Positions 53,757 through 64,000 of a stretch of DNA of 64,000 bases are shown here, in pieces; position 1 is the stretch's first letter, and every line of letters begins with the position of its first letter. A program made the position numbers and the translations under genes. The DNA comes from Octopus vulgaris. Its lineage: Eukaryota. The notes under the pieces are model-generated. The model searched no databases. It saw only the letters and a list, made by a program, of their open reading frames with translations, and was not told the origin of the DNA. Location of the stretch: contig OX597824.1 in assembly GCA_951406725.2 (NCBI GenBank), forward strand, positions 27,528,001-27,592,000, written 5' to 3'.

Positions 53757-54309
53757 ACAAAATTTAAAAGAGAAGATTAAGGTATCTTGGACAGATATCG
53801 ATATACAATATAAAATATATATCTTTGAAAGGATAACGCCAGAAAGAGAGAGGGAGAGAGACAGAGAGACAGAGACAGAGACAGACAGACAGAAATACAG
53901 ACAGAGAGACAGATGTAATAATACTTCCAAGGGTGTAAAACTGAGAAATGCAACAAGAGAAAGCAAGAGAGTCTGGCAGAATGGGAATGTTATGCAAAGA
54001 TAATATTCGCTGTGGGGGAAATAATTAGAGGAATTTCCTCCAAGGGATGAGGAGATTTGTTGGCAGATCTTCGGATAAAGAGTTTCCAATGCTAGTGTCA
54101 TTTTCACTGTAAAGTGTCAGGAAAGCTTTAGTATGAAGGAAATAAAGCCTTGGGTAGCAAAGTGTATGTGTGTATGTATGTATGTATGTATGTATGTATG
54201 TATGTATGTATGTATGTATGTATGCATGTATGTGTGTATAAATATATATGAGTATGTGTGTGTCTGTATATATATATGTGTGTTTATATATATATATATA
54301 CACAAACAT

Positions 54310-54551
<242 letters not shown>

Positions 54552-55074
54552 GGGCATCTGTGCATGTATGTGTGTGATATTGCTCAGCGTCAGTAAATGA
54601 TAGCCATAGAGGAGGTAGGAGGAGACGGAGAGAGAGAGAGAAGAAATAGAGAAAAAATAATGAAAAAAAGTAAGTCGAAGGAGACAATCAGTAAGTTTAG
54701 TGCAAAGGAAAAAATTAAAGCGATAAAATTGAGAATAGAATGAGAGATAGAAAGGAAAAGTGATTAGGAAAGAAGGGGAAGATGTGTGGAAGAGAGAGAG
54801 AGAGAGAGAGAGAGAGTGAGAAAGATAGAGAGGGAAAGAGGGAGAGAGCGAGAGAAATAGTTACAGGAAATGAGAAACAGTGTGAGAATAGATTTAAATA
54901 AAAAAAAAGATATGGAAATAATGTGTGGGTCAAAAAATTTGTGGGCGGGGGTGAGTCCAAGGTGTGGGTAACTGATTTAAAATTATAGGGATATATATAT
55001 GCAACAATAATAAAGAGTCAAGCGTCAAGCGAAACAGATAACAGTGCCACTAGCGAGAACGACGACAAGGGTTA

Positions 55075-55126
55075 CGACGACGACGACGACGACGACGATG
55101 ATGATGATGATGATGATGATGATGAC

Positions 55127-55157
<31 letters not shown>

Positions 55158-55398
55158 CTGATGATGATGATGATGACGATGATGATGATGATGATGATGA
55201 TGATGACGATGATGATGATGATGACGATGATGACGATGATGATGATGATAACGATGATGATGACGATGATGATGACGATGATGACGATGATGATGACGAT
55301 GATGATGATGGTGATGATGATGATGATGATGACGATGATGATGACGACGATAATGATGGCGATGATGATGATGACGATGATGACGATGATAACGACGA

Positions 55399-55429
<31 letters not shown>

Positions 55430-55450
55430 GATGATGATGATGTTGATGAC
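55075..55450. repeat. (GAT/GAC)n microsatellite
   Basis: Read directly. Confidence 0.95.
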
Positions 55451-55844
55451 AAGGAGCAGACGAAAAATCCAGGAGGGAACAAAAAACAAATAAGCTAAGA
55501 TGTAAAAATTTTGTGCGTTATGCCAAGATTCCTGTATATCCTACAGAAACGCACTCACACCGTCAAAAATGCGGAGATTACTTCATATCAAAGTTTGTGT
55601 TCATACAAAATATACTATATATATATATATATATATATTCATAAACACATACTCACACATATATGTATTTGTGTATATGTATGTATATATGTAATTAATA
55701 TACATATATTTACATATATATATATATATACATATATATTTACACATATAAATGTATATATTTAATATATTTACATATATGTAAATATATATGTATATGC
55801 ATATATATGTGTGTATACATACATACATAGATACATACATACAT

Positions 55845-55880
<36 letters not shown>

Positions 55881-56187
55881 GTATGTATATAGATTCTATG
55901 TGTGTATGTGACAGTAAGTGTGGAAGTCTGAATTATTTTGTCTTGGACAAAATTGCCGTCGGCCTCATGTTATCGGAGCTGTGATAGCGAAACACTTTGT
56001 CAAGCAAAACATACAAGCACACACTCATATACATACACACATACACACATACACACGCACAAACACACACACACATGCACACACACATGTATATATATAT
56101 ACTTCTATAAATCATATGCATATATATATATTATTTGTATATGTATATATAAATATATATATATAAATGTGTATATATATATATATA

Positions 56188-56257
<70 letters not shown>

Positions 56258-56304
56258 GGTATAGTAAAATGTGTATGTATCTTTGTATGTATATCCATAT
56301 TGAT

Positions 56305-56353
<49 letters not shown>

Positions 56354-56686
56354 AAATGTTGGAAAAAGATCAGCGATATTTAAAATAAAATGTAATACAA
56401 AAAACAAAATGTAAAACATCTCGAAGCCTCTCTTTCCAGACGTATCAATATATTATCTAAGTTGTCCCCTTTTTCTCTTTTGTTGTTTTTTGCTTGATTC
56501 ACCGCCTGCCCCCGTAAGGGAAATCTGACTCATATGCATCTTAAGAACTTATAGTTAGATAAACTTTTGTGTTTGAAGCGAAGTTATGGTGTGTCTGCAT
56601 GCCTGCACAGTATGAACGAATAGGAAATTTGCATAAAACCGTGATAACCTACAAATGTATATGTATATATATATATACATACATAC

Positions 56687-56731
<45 letters not shown>

Positions 56732-56778
56732 TATATATGTATATACATATATATATATAAATATATATACATATATAT

Positions 56779-56816
<38 letters not shown>

Positions 56817-57048
56817 TGGTCTTGAAAATGGTTGGTGATTTTCTCGTTCATCAGCACGTACAGTACTGGGCCTGTCCTTTCTTTTGTGGATTAAAAGGAA
56901 AAAAAAAGATGCGTTTTTTTGGGGAAGATATTGCTCTTTGAGGGTTTTTATTTTCTCTGGTCGTTTATTTTTTTCTCTATGATGATTTCATATTCGTAGG
57001 AAGAGAATTATATTTTGTTAGAGTCAAGTCGTAGTATGTAGTATTACA

Positions 57049-57283
57049 AAAGGGCGGCGAGCTGGCAGAAACGTTAGCACGCCGGGCGAAATGCGTAGCC
57101 GTATTTCGTCTGCCGTTACTTTCTCAGTTCAAATTCCGTTGAGGTCGACTTTGCCTTTCATCATTTCGGGGTCGATTAAATAAGTACCAGTTACGCACTG
57201 GGGTCGATATAATCGACATAATTCGTTTGTCTGTCCTTGTTTGTCCTCTCTGGGTTTAGCCCCTTGTGCGTAGTAAAGAAATA
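57049..57283 (+). mobile_element. SINE family A, full length with TSD
   Basis: Head ggcggcgagctggcagaaacgttag, B box-like gttcaaattcc; 16-bp TSD agtatgtagtatt(a/g)ca at 57033-57048 and 57284-57299. Confidence 0.92.
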
Positions 57284-57396
57284 AGTATGTAGTATTGCAT
57301 TTGGCTGAAACATTAGCCATCATCATCATCATCATCATCATCATCGTCGTCATCACCACCACCACTATCATCATCATCATCATCATAACCATCACC

Positions 57397-57436
<40 letters not shown>

Positions 57437-58928
57437 CCACCTTCATTATCATCATCATTATCATGCGTCTTCTGTGGTATGGATTGCTACGTGGCTATGG
57501 AAGAATATTGCGCGAATTACCAAATTCTGCCTTGTTGGCTGTTTTCGCACAACGGAATTTGAACTTTGATTTTGAAGAAGAAGAAAAAAAAAACACAGAT
57601 TAAAATGCAAACATTACAGTGCTACCACTCATTAGACTGGTAGCGTAAGTTTATTACTTCCGAAGTAAGAAAAAAAAACAAACCTGTATGTTGAATGTAG
57701 AAAGCAACGACCTGGAATCAAACAGCACCAGAAATTCCGTTGGAAGATTTATCACGCTCAAAGTTATGTTGGTGCACCGAATTGAAATATTTGGAGTAGA
57801 TTCTTCTTGATTTTCCCGAAATTAACCATGATTGTGTAGACGAACGAAATAAATTTGAGTCAGCAATGAAAAGCGGTTCCTCGCCCTTGGTGCCTTTAGT
57901 GCTAATGACCTCAATCCAATTTGTTCTTATTTTCTGAATTGGTAGATAAAGGACACTGTCTGGGTAAGACACTGCTATTCGGGCGGAGATAGCTGTTCGC
58001 AAGTGCGAGCCCCGTGACGCAGAGTGACTGTTCATTCGCATATCACTCAACATCTTCAGGGACAATACCTACTCCATTTTTGTTTGCTGGGATTATGATG
58101 TGGTCTCACTTACAAGAAATAAAATGTTCTACTCGTCGAATGCTTAGAACTATGAAATAATGTGTTGTACTCCGAAAATTGGTAGATGAGGTTTTAACAA
58201 TATATTTTGCGAGACAATTTATCTCTTTACAGACCTTTAGCGTCTTAATTTGATTCCCACCCAAGACAAATTGTCAGTATAATAGTAATTTAAAAGACAA
58301 CTGATGATATAAGACTTGAATGGCAAAGTTACTTTCTGTTAATTAAGCGAAAAGATGAGACAAGCGAAAAAAATACATAAAATAAAGGCTTCTACCTTTA
58401 GACATAATAGCCAACTTGTAAGCAGAGATCTGCAGTTCATCTTACTAGAATCGTGATGCTATTTTTGATATTACTGTTGTATTCTGGGATGGTATTTTTT
58501 TTTCTTCATTTTTGTCAAAGAAGCACACGCTCTATGTATTCGTTCTTCACTCGTTTAGTACTGTTCTTTATTTAAGCTCATGTCCAGTGTCCGGAAATCT
58601 TTTGTCACACATGTATCACCTCTTCAGCGACATTTTCTGTCTTCGTGTATGCTCCTACTCTGCTTAGTCCATTCTCTTATTGTATTTTTGATATTGCTCT
58701 CCGGATTTGTGTACACCACTGGTGGTCAACCCTTTTCTTCCGGAAAACCCCGTTGATTTCCTTCGTTCATTCGCATGGATCCTCATTATCATTTGATGTT
58801 TAAAAAAATCATCTATTTGTATAATTAAATATTATTAGGAATAGTAAAAAAAGAAATAATAAATATCTGTAAATATAAATCCATCCAGATTTCTGAGTAC
58901 GTCATTTCTTCTAATATATATATATATC

Positions 58929-58986
<58 letters not shown>

Positions 58987-59060
58987 TTTATACCTGATAA
59001 TCTCATTCTTTCTCTCTCTCTCCCGCTCTCTTTCGCTCTTTCTCTCTCTCTCTCTCGATA

Positions 59061-59109
<49 letters not shown>

Positions 59110-59189
59110 TTATGTATCCATACATATAGACAGATACATATATATGCATACATATTAATAGATACATATACATACACACACACTTATAT

Positions 59190-59345
59190 GGGTTTTCACA
59201 AATTGTCCGTCCACCAGATTCACATCAAAGAGCTTGGTCGGCCACAGGCTGTAGTAAAAGTCATTTGCCCAAAGTCCAACGCATAGTGGGATTCTATGCG
59301 TAACCGAACACCCGGAACCAAACGTCTTAAAAGACACAGTAGCCA
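59190..59345 (-). mobile_element. SINE family B, old 5' fragment
   Basis: gcttggtcggcc..aggctgtagta..ttgcccaa matches the family body. Confidence 0.6.
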
Positions 59346-59685
59346 TGTCTGGGAACTAAGTTTATATACATAAGACTTTTGAATAAATTAGATTCAATTC
59401 AATACGCAGAGATTTCACTTCCATTTTCTTTAAATGTGCTTATTGATAACGTTTAGAAATATACGTAAGTGGGAATAAAATTATCAATGGAGAAATATGA
59501 TTATATGAAAATACAATTATTCATCTGTCTATTCATGGGAGAAGCTTTGGTTCAGTGATGGACTTATCATTTCTGAATGACATATGTAATAGCTTAAACC
59601 ATAAAACTCTGAAAGATAAGTTTATCTCACGGATATGTGTGTGTATATACATGTATAAAATACATGTATGTATATATTTGTATAA

Positions 59686-59786
<101 letters not shown>

Positions 59787-59801
59787 ACACACAGACACAC
59801 A

Positions 59802-59844
<43 letters not shown>

Positions 59845-59920
59845 CGTCCACATACGCGTATATATATATATGTGTGTGTGTTTGTATGCGACTGGAGTTG
59901 CGTGTGTTTATGCATGTATC

Positions 59921-59967
<47 letters not shown>

Positions 59968-60013
59968 GTACATATACGTTTAACTATTAATCTATGTTTT
60001 CAAGATTTAGTTG

Positions 60014-60687
60014 TATCAGTGTCCATGCGGGAACATTTAAGTTGGTGTGCTGCCGATTCATACGTAATTAAAGACGTGATTCGGACTTGGGTTTTCTGTT
60101 AGCAGATAGTCGGGATGGTTGTCAGGAAATGACAGATATTATCTAGACGTAGTCATTGGTCTCAAGCAGGAGATTCCTTCAGCCAGCATTGCACAGTGCC
60201 AAAGAACAACATGAAAAGAAGATGTAGGCAGCGAATAACGAAAGAAATATAGTGAGATAAAACGATAAATACAAACAATAAGAAAACATAAATACGTATA
60301 GAAAATGTAATAATAGAAGAGGGAAGCTTAAATAACCAACAAGACATAAATTCTAGATCTATCAGTGTCCATGCGGGAACATTTAAGTTGGTGTGCTGCC
60401 GATTCATACGTAATTAAAGACGTGATTCGGACTTGGGTTTTCTGTTAGCAGATAGTCGGGATGGTTGTCAGGAAATGACAGATATTATCTAGACGTAGTC
60501 ATTGGTCTCAAGCAGGAGATTCCTTCAGCCAGCATTGCACAGTGCCAAAGAACAACATGAAAAGAAGATGTAGGCAGCGAATAACGAAAGAAATATAGTG
60601 AGATAAAACGATAAATACAAACAATAAGAAAACATAAATACGTATAGAAAATGTAATAATAGAAGAGGGAAGCTTAAATAACCAACA
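60014..60687. repeat. Apparently perfect 328-bp direct duplication with 18-bp spacer
   Basis: 60014-60341 equals 60360-60687 (period 346). Confidence 0.95.
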
Positions 60688-61161
60688 GGTCTATCTAAAA
60701 TCCTCCACCCCCTGCAGGCAGCGGGAAAAAATGGTAAAGAATATATAATAGTGAAATAAAGAGGGGGGAAAATAACATGGCCAGGAGTGTACGAATATTG
60801 AGGATTGCGCATGTCTATGAGGAATAAAAATGCAAAAAGAGAAAGCAAGTATTTCAATGAACATCCTGACAGGGGAATGAATATTTATTTATAAGCTTGT
60901 ATTGATGAATGTGTAAGTATGTATGTATATCTATAAATATGTATATATATATATATTGATATAAATATAGATATAGATATATAGGTAAGTAGATTCATAC
61001 ATGCATACATACATACATACATACATACATACATACATACATACATACATACACACATACATACATACACACATATGTGGACAAATAGACGTACAGTTTT
61101 ATATTTATACATGTGTGTATCGTATGGCATACATATAAATATATGTATATATGTATGTATG

Positions 61162-61206
<45 letters not shown>

Positions 61207-61236
61207 GTCTCTCTGTCTCTCTGTCTGTCTCTCTCA

Positions 61237-61281
<45 letters not shown>

Positions 61282-61285
61282 TATA

Positions 61286-61495
61286 TGCATATATAGATTT
61301 CATTGTACATCATTGTATTTCTGTTAGAAAATGTTGCACGAACGAGAGATAAAACGAAGCCACGGATCGGCACGAAAACCGAAATAAACATAATTACAGT
61401 AAGAAAAATGAAGAACAATTTATCCTTAACAAAATACACCCCCCCTTCTCATACAAACATACATACATACATACATACATACATACATACATACA

Positions 61496-61526
<31 letters not shown>

Positions 61527-61582
61527 GAGATGAGCATGACTATATATTTGTAGTTACATTTGTATTTTCATGTGCGTTGTCT

Positions 61583-61620
<38 letters not shown>

Positions 61621-61873
61621 CATATCAAACACATGCATATATAGATTTCATTGTACATCATTGTATTTCTGTTAGAAAATGTTGCACGAACGAGAGATAA
61701 AACGAAGCCACGGATCGGCACGAAAACCGAAATAAACATAATTACAGTAAGAAAAATGAAGAACAATTTATCCTTAGAACAAAATACACCCCCTTCTCAT
61801 ACAAACAGGTACGACATGACAACGCACATAAAAATACAAATGCAACTACAAATATATGTAGTCACGCTCATTT
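61286..61873. repeat. Direct plus inverted local duplication (A, B reversed, A, B)
   Basis: A: 61286-61459 and 61634-61807; B: about 61817-61873, with an inverted copy at about 61527-61585. Confidence 0.85.
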
Positions 61874-61883
61874 CACAATCTTA

Positions 61884-62279
61884 TCTTTATATATAAAGAG
61901 AAGTTGTGTGTCTGTCTCCTACGATTTAGATTCCTAACTACTCCCACATCTTGCAGTGCAGTTTAACCAAAACCGGGTATCTTATAGTCGTGATTCATAT
62001 CGAGCCCTTCTGGGTATTAGCGCGCGTCTACAATGAGTCTACGATTTAAAAGAAAAATTAACATCATTTTTTCCATTTTAATGCATTTTTTCGATGTTAT
62101 ATAAGGGAAATAACTCTCTAAAAATGTCTACGATGAGTGAACGATTTAAAAAAAAATTTACCATAATTTTTTTTCCATTTTTGATACATCTTTTTGCTAT
62201 TTTTGGGCTATAACTCTCTAAAAATGCTTATATAGTTATTTCCCTTACAAATCTGAGCAACGCCGGGCGATACTGCTAG
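61884..62279 (+). mobile_element. Non-autonomous Helitron, complete (396 bp)
   Basis: A|TCTTTATATATAAAG 5' end, subterminal GC-rich hairpin ctgagcaacgccggg, CTAG|T 3' end, no TSD; a second partial copy lies at 9579. Confidence 0.85.
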
Positions 62280-62327
<48 letters not shown>

Positions 62328-62515
62328 CTAGTATATGTATATGTGTATATTAATTTGCATACATATGTGTATGTATACATGTGCTGTGAAAACAGAAAGT
62401 GCAAGAAAGTGAGGATGACTTAAAGACCGACAAACATAAGATCAGGCACAAATATCTGCATATGGCTATGTCTTTGTCTTGCTTTATTTAGCTATTTCAG
62501 CGTCTGTCAATTCCC

Positions 62516-62587
<72 letters not shown>

Positions 62588-62722
62588 TCACTCTCTCCGA
62601 TTACTTATATGTACTTATGTGTGTGAAGAAATATATAGATCCATATCCATCTCTCTCTCTCTCTCTCTTTCTTTCTCTCCGATTTCTTACATGTATTTAT
62701 ATAAGTGTGAAGAAATCTATCC

Positions 62723-62792
<70 letters not shown>

Positions 62793-62819
62793 ATATCTAT
62801 CTATCTATCTATCTATCTA

Positions 62820-62916
<97 letters not shown>

Positions 62917-63383
62917 ACATATGTATATATACATATACACACGGCAGGGGGTGCAGACGAGGTCAGCTGCATCGAACTCTCTCATGCACCAAATGGCAAT
63001 TGCTAAAAAGCAATCGTGAAGTAAAATCATGTAGCAACACCAAATGGCGCTGCCCCAGCATGGCCACAGCTAGATAAAATAAAAATAAATAATATGATAA
63101 GGAATACCAGATAAGCCACCCATAATTGGATACAACTCACCCAACAAAAACTAACTACTTGAATGGACCATAAACAAAACTTGACTTAAACAGGATTCAA
63201 ATAATCCTATCAGGTGGTGCTATTAAGTTAGACATGACCTGGACTAATCTTTGGTCGAAACATATCTAAGTTTATCTAAGTTTATATATATATTAATCTA
63301 TGTATGTATGTAAGTATGTATGTATACATGCTCATATGCAAGTGTCTCTATAGCAACTAGTTTACAAGTACACAATTATACCT

Positions 63384-63473
<90 letters not shown>

Positions 63474-63495
63474 ATGTTACATTACTCGGTAGTCA

Positions 63496-63558
63496 AGATA
63501 AAACTCTGAGTTTCAGATGCCGAAGTGGAAATCCACAACACCATCTCTTCGGTTATCT
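63496..63558 (-). ncRNA. Type I hammerhead ribozyme, variant core CCGAAGA
   Basis: agataa-CCGAAGA-gatg...catc t-GAAA-ctc a gaG TT-ttatct; perfect 6-bp stem I; near-palindromic stem III. Confidence 0.7.
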
Positions 63559-63752
63559 GGCTAGTTGAAAACGTTATGAAAAAATACCGTTAAAAATGAA
63601 GGGAAATTACTCTGTTATAACTCTGCTTTGCCTGCGTACTTATACATCGCTCGCATTTTTCGTCATAAAAATTATATAAAAATACATAAAAATATATAAA
63701 AATATATAAAAATATATAAATTCTTCTTGGGACATAACACAGAAAGCTTGTT

Positions 63753-63998
63753 CTATCTGTTTTCTTTAGGGGACCAAAAACGTAACAGAAATTTAGTCAC
63801 ATGTGGGCATGATCCGAAAAGCTCTGTCCTTGTATTTAGACATGTGGTAGGGTCTAAGCTGCTTTTCCAGATAAGCCATCTCTCCATGTCGCATAAACCG
63901 CACCTTCTGCTGCCGTTAGTATAGGGCTTACATCTGGCCAAAATCTTCCATTGTATGTTATAATCGACACCTTTATCTCTTAAAGACCAAATATGATT
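63753..63998 (-). CDS. C-terminus of a Penelope-like GIY-YIG endonuclease (Cys-rich, probably Naiad-type); 5'-partial
   Basis: Open to the window edge: NHIWSLRDKGVDYNIQWKILARCKPYTNGSRRCGLCDMERWLIWKSSLDPTTCLNTRTELFGSCPHVTKFLL, matching IWxLK..IxWxI..CxLCxxE..LNxRxE..CxH. Confidence 0.85.
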   Translation of the reverse strand, partial: NHIWSLRDKGVDYNIQWKILARCKPYTNGSRRCGLCDMERWLIWKSSLDPTTCLNTRTELFGSCPHVTKFLLRFWSPKENR

Positions 63999-64000
63999 GG

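Larger units (their letters stand above)
63470..64000 (-). mobile_element. Penelope-like retroelement 3' end abutting a (TA)n array; continues beyond the window
   Basis: Endonuclease C-terminus, then an AT-rich tail, an HHR and (TA)n at 63386-63469. Confidence 0.85.

Noticed and set aside
58578-58634. Minus-strand atgtcg-CTGAAGA-gg...cc...gacat
   Set aside because: Stem I-like pairing exists, but GAAA and the cleavage triplet are missing.

Overview
Eukaryotic, AT-rich, extremely microsatellite-dense DNA. The SINE families and the (TA)n/(CA)n/(ATT)n/(ATCT)n load suggest a coleoid cephalopod, probably Octopus (inference from recalled repeat families, no database search). I see no credible host protein-coding exon; almost all supplied ORFs are microsatellite translations. 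The window holds about 25 tRNA-derived SINE copies from about 6 modular families, mariner/Tc1, L1/Tx1 and RTE relics, a MITE with an 8-bp TSD, two non-autonomous Helitron copies, and the endonuclease C-terminus of a Penelope-like element (PLE) at the right edge. The main signal is about 10 type I hammerhead ribozyme (HHR) motifs from at least 7 unrelated sequence families, mostly in short non-coding units at (TA)n arrays and often arranged as fold-backs. They include: (i) a 642-nt HHR unit present as more-than-unit-length, circularly permuted and inverted copies, flanked by a ~190-bp duplication (retrozyme-like or PLE pLTR-like); (ii) HHRs with non-canonical cores (U3-A8 covariant UUGAAAA; CCGAAGA); (iii) a shared TGACTGCTAYTTC motif 98-111 nt downstream of the predicted cleavage site in three unrelated families. 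All pairings and coordinates were read by eye and may be off by a few bases.
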